From the sequence record NC_028925.1: a stretch of DNA of 64,000 nucleotides; one strand, written 5' to 3'. Both the position numbers and the translations under genes were made by a program. This DNA is from Escherichia phage vB_EcoM_VR25. Shown here in pieces: positions 25,820 to 34,114 of this stretch. A model generated the notes under the pieces. The model saw only the letters and a list, made by a program, of their open reading frames with translations. It had not been told where the DNA came from and did not search any database. Position 1 is the first letter of the stretch. The number at the start of each line of letters is the position of its first letter.

Positions 25820-26083
25820 TTACGCTTTACCGCCAGAAACAATACCAAAGGTCTCAAAGTCCCATTCAATATCGTCAACATCAACTTTCTTACCAGCAAC
25901 CACAAATGCGATTTCGCGACGTTTTGCATAGGTAACAATTTCTTTGCCATCGCCGCCAAAGAAAGAATAACCATTGCGCTTCATGGTGCCAAAGTCTTCA
26001 GCATCACCAGCGAAGGCACGGACTTTAAAAGCACCAGTAGGAGCTTTAGCAGATTCAGTAATAAATTCTTGATAAGTTTTCAT
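25820..26083 (-). CDS. Internal-protein-like protein with CTS, 87 aa
   Basis: Starts MKTYQEFITE; ATG start. Confidence 0.65.
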   Translation of the reverse strand: MKTYQEFITESAKAPTGAFKVRAFAGDAEDFGTMKRNGYSFFGGDGKEIVTYAKRREIAFVVAGKKVDVDDIEWDFETFGIVSGGKA

Positions 26084-26096
26084 AATGTCTCTTTAG

Positions 26097-26411
26097 TTAA
26101 GCTTTAGGGAAATCGCGCAAAAACGCATCATAAAGTTTATTACCAATGCGACGGAATGCTTTTGCAGCATGAACGTTATCTGGGTTTGCAATTTTAATCT
26201 GCATTACATGACTACCAGCCCATGATTTAGCTTCGTCATAATAACCTTTAATTTCTTTAATAGTCTTGCGTTTTCCACCAGGACCATCAACAGTAATTTT
26301 CCACGAACCAGTGCTTGTTTCACTTGGTGGGGTTAACTGTTCAATCCAGACATAACCACCTTCAACACGTTGTTGAGTAGATTCAGTAATAAATTCTTGA
26401 TAAGTTTTCAT
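26097..26411 (-). CDS. Internal-protein-like protein with CTS, about 104 aa
   Basis: In-frame MKTYQEFITE at 26411 (track ORF starts 4 codons earlier); preceded by TATAAT and leader. Confidence 0.6.
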   Translation of the reverse strand: MKTYQEFITESTQQRVEGGYVWIEQLTPPSETSTGSWKITVDGPGGKRKTIKEIKGYYDEAKSWAGSHVMQIKIANPDNVHAAKAFRRIGNKLYDAFLRDFPKA

Positions 26412-26458
26412 TTTATATTCCATGTTTGGTTGATAAAATCATTATACAACCTTTTTAG

Positions 26459-26875
26459 TTAAGCGTACACAGCTTTCCCATAGTATTTGTACCAGGTAGG
26501 CTTTTGAGAAATTTTCTCATTCAGTCTGGATTGACTGATTTCAATTGACCAGATTGATGGTTGATAATCATTCTTCCATTCATCAGGAATATCATTTAAA
26601 TCTTGGGTAGAAATATCTTTTATATTAAACCCTCGCTTTAAACATTCAGCAATAAGTTCTTGATGGCGGTTTTTAAGGAACAAAAGCTTATCATAAAAGA
26701 AGGTGACATGACCAGTTCCTAAAAGAAAAGATGATGGGATTTTAAAGTCAGACACCTTTTTACCATTTTGTACATGCTTACGAACAGCCCCAAACACGCG
26801 AGGAAGCTCACGGTATTCAGCCATAAGGTGTTGGTCAGCAAGTTCAGATACCAGGGTTAAATTAATGCGAGTCAT
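26459..26875 (-). CDS. denV: Endonuclease V (pyrimidine-dimer DNA glycosylase) DenV
   Basis: 138 aa, ATG start; [35 protein letters not shown]... near-identical to T4 DenV. Confidence 0.95.
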   Translation of the reverse strand: MTRINLTLVSELADQHLMAEYRELPRVFGAVRKHVQNGKKVSDFKIPSSFLLGTGHVTFFYDKLLFLKNRHQELIAECLKRGFNIKDISTQDLNDIPDEWKNDYQPSIWSIEISQSRLNEKISQKPTWYKYYGKAVYA

Positions 26876-26904
26876 GTTTGTTCCTCCAAGTAGTTGATGG
26901 GATA

Positions 26905-26934
26905 ATAATACATCAATACGAGGAGGTTGTAAAC
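26905..26934 (-). promoter_or_regulatory. Early promoter upstream of denV
   Basis: Minus strand GTTTAC-18 nt-TATTAT then leader TCCCATCAACTACTTGGAGG; -35 overlaps the upstream stop. Confidence 0.55.
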
Positions 26935-27216
26935 TTATTTTGTGGAAGCAGCCGAGATATATTTTTCAAGACGCTGTTTCATCAGCGAGCCGTTCTTAGC
27001 GATTTCTTCCGGTTTATCGCACATACGCAATAGAGCTTCAAGCTTAGTGATATCAGATGTCCGCTCAAATTTGCGAGTATCTACCTTACTAGCAAGTTCG
27101 GAAATACGCGCTAACAGACTTTCGGCTTCTACCAAAGCTGTGCCCAGCTTAGTTGCAAATGCGTCAGTAGCTTCATTAAGAGTGGTCACGGTCAAAAATT
27201 CATTATAGGTTTTCAT
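26935..27216 (-). CDS. Internal-protein-like protein with divergent CTS, 93 aa
   Basis: Starts [10 protein letters not shown]...; ATG start; 3-prime to gene e as ipIII is in T4. Confidence 0.55.
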   Translation of the reverse strand: MKTYNEFLTVTTLNEATDAFATKLGTALVEAESLLARISELASKVDTRKFERTSDITKLEALLRMCDKPEEIAKNGSLMKQRLEKYISAASTK

Positions 27217-27697
27217 ATACTTTCCAAGTTCCTGTTTTAAATGTTGAGATTACACGTTTCGCTCGATTAGGTGTTTGTTTGTACCATTTGGATTGAGCCA
27301 GGTTAACAGCAGCTTCGTCCCAACGTTTCTGTTGAAGCAACCGAAGGGAGTTAGTAAACCCAGCAACGCCGGCTTCACCCATTTGGAAGACCATATTAAT
27401 CAGGGCACAGCGACGAACTTCGTCAAGACTATCATACACTGGTTTTAATTTAGCATTACGCATAACACTCGCACGTGCTTTTTCCACTGAACGGTTAAAC
27501 AAGGTTTCAGCTTCAACCTGGGTAATCCTACCGTTGCAGACGCGACCCATGAGCTTGTCGAGCTCGGCACGAGCAACATCTTTCGATGGGTTCTTAGTTA
27601 TCAGTTGCCCGATACCGATGGTCCAATATCCTTCGGTATCTTTATACAAATCCAACTTACAACCTTCATCTATGCGTAACATTTCGAATATATTCAT
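27203..27697 (-). CDS. e: Lysozyme (endolysin) gp e
   Basis: 164 aa, ATG start; [12 protein letters not shown]...[13 protein letters not shown]... very similar to T4 lysozyme. Confidence 0.95.
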   Translation of the reverse strand: MNIFEMLRIDEGCKLDLYKDTEGYWTIGIGQLITKNPSKDVARAELDKLMGRVCNGRITQVEAETLFNRSVEKARASVMRNAKLKPVYDSLDEVRRCALINMVFQMGEAGVAGFTNSLRLLQQKRWDEAAVNLAQSKWYKQTPNRAKRVISTFKTGTWKVYENL

Positions 27698-27698
27698 A

Positions 27699-27726
27699 AT
27701 ACCCCCTTATATAGGGGTATTTATTA
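27699..27726 (-). promoter_or_regulatory. RBS-sequestering hairpin of gene e with embedded late-promoter-like TAATAAATA
   Basis: Stem ATACCCC/GGGGTAT encloses the G-rich SD just before the ATG at 27697; TAATAAATA overlaps the 5-prime arm. Confidence 0.6.
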
Positions 27727-28185
27727 TCCGAAAATTTGAGTCAAAACCTTGTACATCGATTTACCCATTACGTATTGCCATTGACTCGGTTTAATCAGAG
27801 CGAAAGCATCAAACTCTGGGACCGAACTACCATCCGGGAAGGTATGATATGCGGAGCATTTACTATGTCTGAATTGCTCATGCTCGACCGGGACCGTGTA
27901 CAAAAACAGGTGAAGGTTTTTGTTATCTGAATAACGGAACTCGCCTAGGTCTTTTAAGAATGCCGGGTCATACCGGGTAAAGCCTGTTTCTTCTTCACAT
28001 TCACGCATAGCTGCTTCAATCGGGGATTCACCGGCTTCAACATGACCCTTAGGGATATCCCATTTATGCGCAGGCATACCCGGTTTGCGAGAACCAGTCA
28101 CACGACCCATGAATAACTCTTTATCTTCAGTCATGAAAATAATGCCAGCAGATAATTCTTTCACCACGTTTTTCTTACTCATCAT
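27724..28185 (-). CDS. nudE: Nudix hydrolase NudE
   Basis: Nudix box GHVEAGESPIEAAMRECEEETGF; first ATG at 28185 gives about 153 aa (T4 NudE about 151 aa); track ORF extends upstream. Confidence 0.85.
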   Translation of the reverse strand: MMSKKNVVKELSAGIIFMTEDKELFMGRVTGSRKPGMPAHKWDIPKGHVEAGESPIEAAMRECEEETGFTRYDPAFLKDLGEFRYSDNKNLHLFLYTVPVEHEQFRHSKCSAYHTFPDGSSVPEFDAFALIKPSQWQYVMGKSMYKVLTQIFG

Positions 28186-28411
28186 CACGTTCCCAAGATT
28201 TTTTAAAGATTTCAGCCATAATAATTTCAATACGTGTTTCTGTTGATGGTGATTCACTATCAGAAGTTTGAACTCTGTAATCGGAAATTGGTCGGAACAT
28301 ATCCAAGTCACTTTCCAAATCTTCTTTTATTTTCTCTTCTGATGTTCCAGTATCATAGGAATACAGATAAGAATCACATGACTCAGATTTAATATAAATT
28401 GCAATACTCAT
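28175..28411 (-). CDS. Hypothetical acidic protein, 78 aa
   Basis: Track ORF; Ser/Asp/Glu-rich. Confidence 0.45.
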   Translation of the reverse strand: MSIAIYIKSESCDSYLYSYDTGTSEEKIKEDLESDLDMFRPISDYRVQTSDSESPSTETRIEIIMAEIFKKSWERDDE

Positions 28412-28995
28412 TTACGGCATTCCTCAATAAAAGAATTTAATGTATTTTTCTTAGCGATATCGTCGTATACCTTTTTAACTTTAGAAATACGAAAAGGTAC
28501 TTCAATAGTCATAGTCCATAAAAATGATGCAATAAGTCCAACAGCAGCAGAAGAAATGCACGCGCCCATTACAGCCACGGGGGCTTCATTTTTACCTGTC
28601 AAGAAAAACAACAGGATTGGTAAAAATAAGATTCCAGACCACGCATAAAACCTGGAACAAATTAACTTATCAAATTCATCTTTCCAGGTACGAAATCCAT
28701 ATTTCTTGCTATAAGAAATTAATGGGTCGGGTGTCTGTTCTTTGAGTGGTTCTGGTTGCCAGCCATTTACGATATAGCCCATTCTGAACTCCTTAATTAA
28801 AAGCTCTTTCATATTATAGTTGCAACCGGACCAATCTACCGTACTAGCTGCAATTCCTTCATCACCATCATCAAGATTCCGCCAGGACTTTTTAATAATC
28901 ATATTCTCACCACTTGGGATAATAATTCCAGCATTTTCTGACCTACGGATGAAGTTTGCATCAATGCCCATACACCCGGGTTCATAAAGGGCCAT
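28408..28995 (-). CDS. Membrane protein, 195 aa, C-terminal FIEECRK motif
   Basis: ATG start; two hydrophobic helices near residues 110-165; C-terminal ...NSFIEECRK resembles the FIKEC family at 32.8-34.1 kb. Confidence 0.5.
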   Translation of the reverse strand: MALYEPGCMGIDANFIRRSENAGIIIPSGENMIIKKSWRNLDDGDEGIAASTVDWSGCNYNMKELLIKEFRMGYIVNGWQPEPLKEQTPDPLISYSKKYGFRTWKDEFDKLICSRFYAWSGILFLPILLFFLTGKNEAPVAVMGACISSAAVGLIASFLWTMTIEVPFRISKVKKVYDDIAKKNTLNSFIEECRK

Positions 28996-29684
28996 TACCA
29001 GCCCTCCATAGGGAATTCCAGATATACTTGAGCGTTAACGCGGATTTCATTTGTAATCTTTTTAACACGGTCGGTATTACGAGACACACGACCAAACCAG
29101 CGCCAACCGTTACCAACTGTTTTCGTTCCAGTGTGCCAGGTCTGCCAGTTGAATTCACACAACGTGCGGTCAGGAGCTTCTTGAACTAAAAGTTCACCTG
29201 CCTTGATTTTTTCCAGAACTTCCTGGTGCCACCGGCGATAGATAAGTTCGCCATCAGGAATCTGACTGAATTCTGAAGTTCCCAGAGCAAAATTAGTAGG
29301 GCAAACAGAAGCGTTAACCAGACCCAGGATGTGTTCAGAATGGTAACGAGGGTTATCATAATCAGGTTGTCCTGCTGTAATAAAATGTTGTCCTGCTGGA
29401 ATATCTGGACGTGGTACATCATCATGGTGGAACCCTGGAATAGCAGGATACCAGCCAGGCATTAACATGTGGACACGGGAATCAAATACAATATCAGGGC
29501 CACATTGCCAATCTTCAGGCAGGTTTTCAATAAAGCTACGAGTAATAGGACCACCGTGTTTATGAGCAAAATAAGCATCGCAATTAAAGAACATAGGCTC
29601 ATTTTTGATTTGGTCATTACTGATATCTTGAGCAAATTGGCCAACTTCACGCATTTTACTATTAAAAGTTTTTGAGCTATTCAT
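28995..29684 (-). CDS. Possible Fe(II)/2-oxoglutarate-dependent oxygenase, 229 aa
   Basis: ATG start; candidate facial triad HHD (in PGFHHDDVP) and a distal His in WHTG about 100 residues later, followed by RVS (possible RxS); motif reading only. Confidence 0.35.
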   Translation of the reverse strand: MNSSKTFNSKMREVGQFAQDISNDQIKNEPMFFNCDAYFAHKHGGPITRSFIENLPEDWQCGPDIVFDSRVHMLMPGWYPAIPGFHHDDVPRPDIPAGQHFITAGQPDYDNPRYHSEHILGLVNASVCPTNFALGTSEFSQIPDGELIYRRWHQEVLEKIKAGELLVQEAPDRTLCEFNWQTWHTGTKTVGNGWRWFGRVSRNTDRVKKITNEIRVNAQVYLEFPMEGW

Positions 29685-29743
29685 AATATTTTCCTCATTG
29701 ATTGTGGGACCATTGTGTCATAGTCCCACTTGGATGTACACAC

Positions 29744-30703
29744 TTATTTTGAAAAAGGTTTAATCAAATGTTGGTTAGCCTTGAAACGTTTAACATAGTC
29801 TTCGCGACCCAGGGTGTTGTACATATTAACCACTTCCTGGTAATGTTCCCAGGCATACTCACGGAACCATCCAGAAGTAATGGAGGTACAGACTTTTTCT
29901 AGTGCAATATGGAAGCTCACGGATGGAGATATATTGAACTCATTAGGAACCTGCGAACGCTCCAGAGCAAGTACACATGCTTCTTCATAAACCCCTGCCA
30001 GTTTAATAACATCAGGAAGTGCTTCAAATTTTTCACGTGAGGTCATGACTTCTGAATCATCCTTCATATAGAACTTATATGCAGGCTTATCAGCAAGCGC
30101 CACGGCCTCGTGGATGGAGTCATGGTCAAGGGTATAGATTGTATCATTAAAGAAAGTTTTCTTGCCCACGTCTAGTTTAGGGTGACTATATGACAGTGTT
30201 TCTGTCTGACGTTGTAACATAATTTTCTGCAGTTCATCATTAAGAACAACACCCTTATTACGAAGGTAATTAATATGGCTCATGGTCTTCAGGAAGAATG
30301 GATTGTTCTTCAGGTAACGATGAGACAATTTAATTGCCAGACAAATATCAGGGGTCGCCCAATAAAAACCAGATAGACGGTCTTTCTGAATATTTGCCTT
30401 CGCATATTTGAGCAGACGATAACTGGAGGTAAAATCTTCCTCTTGTAGCTCATCAGTCAACTCACGAACACTTGTCAGGGCGCGGACGATATATGCTTCA
30501 AAATAGGTTTCTTTACCGTTGTGCATACACTTAAAAGCTTGCACATCTGGGTTATCCACATGAACATGCTGCCCCATCATCTGGGTTTTAAAGCTGTTCC
30601 AGGAACCCTGGTCAGCGATAAAATCCCAATCAGAGTTTTCAATTTTCTTACTTTCAATCAGACCGGCGTTATGTAACGCGCGAGAACCAATAACTAACAT
30701 CAT
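29744..30703 (-). CDS. Hypothetical protein, 319 aa, weak NTase-like N-terminal motif
   Basis: ATG start; N-terminal VIGSRALHNAGLIESKKIENSDWDF (GS ... DxD with a longer-than-usual spacer); family not recognised. Confidence 0.5.
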   Translation of the reverse strand: MMLVIGSRALHNAGLIESKKIENSDWDFIADQGSWNSFKTQMMGQHVHVDNPDVQAFKCMHNGKETYFEAYIVRALTSVRELTDELQEEDFTSSYRLLKYAKANIQKDRLSGFYWATPDICLAIKLSHRYLKNNPFFLKTMSHINYLRNKGVVLNDELQKIMLQRQTETLSYSHPKLDVGKKTFFNDTIYTLDHDSIHEAVALADKPAYKFYMKDDSEVMTSREKFEALPDVIKLAGVYEEACVLALERSQVPNEFNISPSVSFHIALEKVCTSITSGWFREYAWEHYQEVVNMYNTLGREDYVKRFKANQHLIKPFSK

Positions 30704-30724
30704 AATATTTTCCTCAGAATTAAA

Positions 30725-30961
30725 TTAAATGTCCCAGCGGGCGCTATCATATTCATCCCATAGAGCTTCATGGGAGTTACAAACGATAGGAGCAATGACT
30801 CCGTTAATATCTTCGTTGTAAGGGCAGATAGTACAAAATGCATCTTCGAAACGAACATTGTAATCAGACTTCTTATACGCGATGTCAAAAATCTTTTTAA
30901 ACTTTTCACGAGTAATGGTTTTAGCAACCACTTCAGTACCAATACTTTCGTAATAAATCAT
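30725..30961 (-). CDS. Hypothetical Cys-containing protein, 78 aa
   Basis: Track ORF; preferred over the overlapping low-complexity alternative frame 30700..30942. Confidence 0.4.
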   Translation of the reverse strand: MIYYESIGTEVVAKTITREKFKKIFDIAYKKSDYNVRFEDAFCTICPYNEDINGVIAPIVCNSHEALWDEYDSARWDI

Positions 30962-30971
30962 GGTTATCTCC

Positions 30972-31172
30972 TCAGATAGGACCGTAAAGGTATGTCCAAC
31001 GTTTAACGAAAGAAACTACTTCTTCCAAGGTATCGCAAACCTCTGTAGTGCCCGGAACGCCATCGCCACTGATGGTTACTTTAATGCCATCTGAAACTTC
31101 CTGGAGATTAACCTCCAGTTGGTTGGCTTTGGCTTCGTTCAGAACTTTGATTAATTCGTTTGCGATAGACAT
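30972..31172 (-). CDS. Hypothetical acidic protein, 66 aa
   Basis: Track ORF. Confidence 0.4.
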   Translation of the reverse strand: MSIANELIKVLNEAKANQLEVNLQEVSDGIKVTISGDGVPGTTEVCDTLEEVVSFVKRWTYLYGPI

Positions 31173-31236
31173 TTTTATTCTCCTGTTCTGATAACGTGAT
31201 TGTCATCAGTTGATAAGAGAATAGTAACATGGTTTT

Positions 31237-31581
31237 CTAGAGTTGTATACCACTTCTGCAATATTCTAAAAATAATTTATTGTTGTCTACTGTATCCCAC
31301 CGGCGCCAAGATGAATTCCAGACCAAAGCATTATCACCACAATCGTTAAGCTTGAAATGGTCGTAATACATAGCTATACGCTTGGTCTCGTCAGCGGAGA
31401 ATCCTAATATAGACTCGCCATGAGTATGGTACATATGGTGATGCATGGAGAGGTCGCATTTATAAAACGTTTCACGCTTACCGCGGACGAACAAGAATGC
31501 TTGTCCATCCATATAAAATTCTTTATCTGTTTTTAAAAGATATTTGAATACTGAATCTCTGTGCATAGGTCCTCCTATCAC
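31237..31581 (-). CDS. Hypothetical His-rich protein, about 109-114 aa
   Basis: Track ORF; contains HHHMYHTHGE. Confidence 0.4.
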   Translation of the reverse strand: MIGGPMHRDSVFKYLLKTDKEFYMDGQAFLFVRGKRETFYKCDLSMHHHMYHTHGESILGFSADETKRIAMYYDHFKLNDCGDNALVWNSSWRRWDTVDNNKLFLEYCRSGIQL

Positions 31582-31596
31582 ATCCTTGTGATAATT

Positions 31597-31821
31597 TTAG
31601 CAGCTGCTCGGGTACCAGATTTTACCATCCGGGTGAGCAACAAAGGTGCGTCCAGCTTCTTCGCCATAACAAGAGCTATTCAACCAGTCTTCAAGACGAA
31701 CTTCACCATCATAATCGTCGAGCTCAATACCGAAATCTTGAGCAGAAGCCATATCTTTAACTTTCTTATACAACGCAGCCAGTTCAAGAGCTGCTTTTTC
31801 TAATTCATTAATATCAGACAT
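31597..31821 (-). CDS. Small acidic protein, 74 aa, C-terminal ...WYPSSC (family member 1)
   Basis: ATG start; ends in Cys; shares C-terminal W-x-x-SS-Cys pattern with the four ORFs upstream. Confidence 0.5.
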   Translation of the reverse strand: MSDINELEKAALELAALYKKVKDMASAQDFGIELDDYDGEVRLEDWLNSSCYGEEAGRTFVAHPDGKIWYPSSC

Positions 31822-31830
31822 TTTTATTCC

Positions 31831-32058
31831 TTAGCAAGACATAGAGGAGTTAAACCAGAAACCTTTACCTTCTGGGATACCATAATCACCGTGAATCCAG
31901 TCATATTTTTTATATTCTGGGCTGCCCGCAGGAATATATCGCTGAAGACTGTCAGCATATACATGAAAGTATTCACCAGTTTTATCGGCCAGCTGTTCAC
32001 CTTCACAGATTAGTGCACGGATTTGGTCTTCAATTTCTTTAACAGTTTTAGTAGTCAT
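31831..32058 (-). CDS. Small acidic protein, 75 aa, C-terminal ...GFWFNSSMSC (family member 2)
   Basis: ATG start; stop TAA then GGAATAAAA and the next ATG. Confidence 0.5.
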   Translation of the reverse strand: MTTKTVKEIEDQIRALICEGEQLADKTGEYFHVYADSLQRYIPAGSPEYKKYDWIHGDYGIPEGKGFWFNSSMSC

Positions 32059-32066
32059 TTATTTCC

Positions 32067-32264
32067 TTAGCATTCGTAAGAGGAGGACACCCAAGAGGTA
32101 CCGCTAATAGTAATGCATCCATTATAAAGCGTGATATGCCTGTCTAAGTCACGAACACCGCTAATATAGATATCAGCTTCTTCACGTTCTTCTTTACAAA
32201 TCTGGATAACATTTTCAATAGCCGCTTTAGCGGTACGGATTGCACAATCTAATTCACGAGACAT
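32067..32264 (-). CDS. Small acidic protein, 65 aa, C-terminal ...SWVSSSYEC (family member 3)
   Basis: ATG start; stop TAA then GGAAATAA and the next ATG. Confidence 0.5.
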   Translation of the reverse strand: MSRELDCAIRTAKAAIENVIQICKEEREEADIYISGVRDLDRHITLYNGCITISGTSWVSSSYEC

Positions 32265-32273
32265 AATATTTCC

Positions 32274-32555
32274 TTAACATTCAGCAGAAGAGGACACCCA
32301 ACCACCTTCTGCAAGGTCTGTGGTGTAGTCATGTTGGTTAACAATAGCATATTGGGCTTCACCGTAGTTTTCCCAATGTTCAAGGTCAGCTTTCAGGGCG
32401 CCAGGAGAATAATAGTCACCGCCCATACCGCGAGCAGGGTATATATTAAAATGAGTCTCATATTTGTCTGCAATTTCCTCAGCGCGACGAATAGCTTCAT
32501 GGATTTCTTTTACTGCGGCCAGAAGCTCTGGTTGGTTATGGTTATCATTCATCAT
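32274..32555 (-). CDS. Small acidic protein, about 93 aa, C-terminal ...GGWVSSSAEC (family member 4)
   Basis: ATG at 32555 (MMNDNHNQ...) just after the upstream stop; track ORF extends further at an alternative start. Confidence 0.5.
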   Translation of the reverse strand: MMNDNHNQPELLAAVKEIHEAIRRAEEIADKYETHFNIYPARGMGGDYYSPGALKADLEHWENYGEAQYAIVNQHDYTTDLAEGGWVSSSAEC

Positions 32556-32556
32556 A

Positions 32557-32847
32557 TTAACACATCTCAGAAGAGGAGACCCAAGCACCAACGGTAACAA
32601 CCCCATTTTCAACTTTTCCACCGTTGGCTTCAATATGATGGGTAAACCATTCAGAGCATTCATAACCGACTGGGTGGTATGTACGACCTGTGCCGTAATC
32701 GCCGGTGCTGAATTCAATGCCATATTCATCAGCGATTTCTTCACAATGTGTTTCAATTTCAGAGGTCTTATTTAGAAGAGAATAGATAGCTTTTTCTGCA
32801 GATTTCTCATCATAATACTTAGGGATAGCGATTTCAATTTTATTCAT
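32557..32847 (-). CDS. Small acidic protein, 96 aa, C-terminal ...GAWVSSSEMC (family member 5)
   Basis: ATG start; same C-terminal motif. Confidence 0.5.
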   Translation of the reverse strand: MNKIEIAIPKYYDEKSAEKAIYSLLNKTSEIETHCEEIADEYGIEFSTGDYGTGRTYHPVGYECSEWFTHHIEANGGKVENGVVTVGAWVSSSEMC

Positions 32848-33290
32848 GATTTACATTCCTTAATAAAGGTTTCAAGGTCATTACGTTTTGTTTTGTTCAG
32901 GAACTTATTATACTCAGCCATTGCCAAAGCGTATCTCTTACGGATGGGAGCATTCAAGGCGTTTGTGTAACAGATATCATACACAACCGGGATAAAATAG
33001 GCCACAACAGCCGGAGCAATTATCATAAAGAAGCCCATCTCAATAGGCATGACTCCCTCGATTGCAGCCATAACCGTTGTCATTACCAGGCCAACCAGGC
33101 CACCGAGCATAGCGGTGGCAATCCCTAATAATAAATTGGCACCAATATCATATTCAGCCAATTGATAAACATGTGATGCAAGACTAGGCCGTTCCATTAC
33201 GAACCTCCTTGATAAATTCTTCTGCACATTTAATTTTGTGCTCTTTTTGTAGGGAAACGCATTTTTGTTCCCACTCTTTAACTCGACCAC
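32844..33290 (-). CDS. Membrane protein, up to 148 aa, C-terminal ...ETFIKECKS
   Basis: Two hydrophobic helices; real start probably the internal Met near 33197 (MERPSLASH...). Confidence 0.45.
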   Translation of the reverse strand: MVELKSGNKNAFPYKKSTKLNVQKNLSRRFVMERPSLASHVYQLAEYDIGANLLLGIATAMLGGLVGLVMTTVMAAIEGVMPIEMGFFMIIAPAVVAYFIPVVYDICYTNALNAPIRKRYALAMAEYNKFLNKTKRNDLETFIKECKS

Positions 33291-33567
33291 GATATCCTTT
33301 ATTCATATGATTTTGATGCCACACATTTATCAATATCATACTCAGGACTGTAATAAAAGGAGCTGCAATTATTAGTGCCCAGGCGACTCCAACACTAATG
33401 ATATTCATATCCCCACAAAGCACCATCATTATAACCCCAACGATGCACATGGACAGAGCTCCAAATGGAGGCATAAGGTCTTTATCAATCTTGTCTGCGT
33501 ACACAAATTTTTCTGGTTTACCTGGCAGATATAACGTTCGCATTTTGAACCCCTTTAGCGTATTCAC
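33184..33567 (-). CDS. Membrane protein, up to 127 aa, C-terminal ...EEFIKEVRNGTA
   Basis: Two hydrophobic helices; start may be the internal Met MRTLYLPGKPEK. Confidence 0.45.
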   Translation of the reverse strand: MNTLKGFKMRTLYLPGKPEKFVYADKIDKDLMPPFGALSMCIVGVIMMVLCGDMNIISVGVAWALIIAAPFITVLSMILINVWHQNHMNKGYRGRVKEWEQKCVSLQKEHKIKCAEEFIKEVRNGTA

Positions 33568-34072
33568 GGCATTCTTTAATAAAACGATTAAGCTTACGCT
33601 GCTGTTTACGACTTTCTAATGTATATTCGTCGGCCAAAATAGTAAGCTCATCTTTATCGTAATTTTTAATATCAGAGTAAGATGGTCTACGGTCAACCAT
33701 TCCAAATACATCGCCATTTTCTAGCGCTACATAACATACTAAATGGTAATCATCATCTGCTATATTAAGAAGCACACAATCATCGCTCTCGTTTAACGCA
33801 TACACAGAATAGCGTAATCCAGCGAATTCCACTCGTTGAATACCCAGATTTACATCAATAATTTCCAAGGCATCTGCGAAAGAAAGGTCTTCAGCTAAAG
33901 CAAAAATAAAAGGCAATTTTGTAGTATCGCCACGGCTAGTTGTTCTTCTTAAGAAATCATTGGAATAACCCAAGTCACCGCGGATTCTGTAAAGAACTGT
34001 ATTAGTTTCAGTAGCAAGGCCACTACCGCCAAACCAGTCTACATTTGATATAAGGTCAGTATATAAGCTCAT
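33518..34072 (-). CDS. Hypothetical protein, about 184 aa, C-terminal ...NRFIKECREYAKG...
   Basis: ATG at 34072 (MSLYTDLISN...) preceded by GGGAGAGGAG SD just after a hairpin; acidic, no hydrophobic helix. Confidence 0.45.
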   Translation of the reverse strand: MSLYTDLISNVDWFGGSGLATETNTVLYRIRGDLGYSNDFLRRTTSRGDTTKLPFIFALAEDLSFADALEIIDVNLGIQRVEFAGLRYSVYALNESDDCVLLNIADDDYHLVCYVALENGDVFGMVDRRPSYSDIKNYDKDELTILADEYTLESRKQQRKLNRFIKECREYAKGVQNANVISAR

Positions 34073-34092
34073 AATTTTCTCCTCTCCCAATT

Positions 34093-34109
34093 AGGGGGCA
34101 AAGCCCCCT
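34093..34109 (-). promoter_or_regulatory. Intercistronic GC hairpin between the PspA-like gene and the next ORF
   Basis: AGGGGGC-AAA-GCCCCCT between the stop at 34115 and the SD of the ORF starting at 34072; U-run is on the plus-strand side. Confidence 0.4.
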
Positions 34110-34114
34110 TTATC

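Noticed and set aside
30700-30942. Alternative minus-strand frame of 80 aa overlapping ORF 30725-30961
   Set aside because: The translation is Lys/Leu-rich low complexity typical of an out-of-frame read of an AT-rich gene; the other frame gives a plausible Cys-containing protein.
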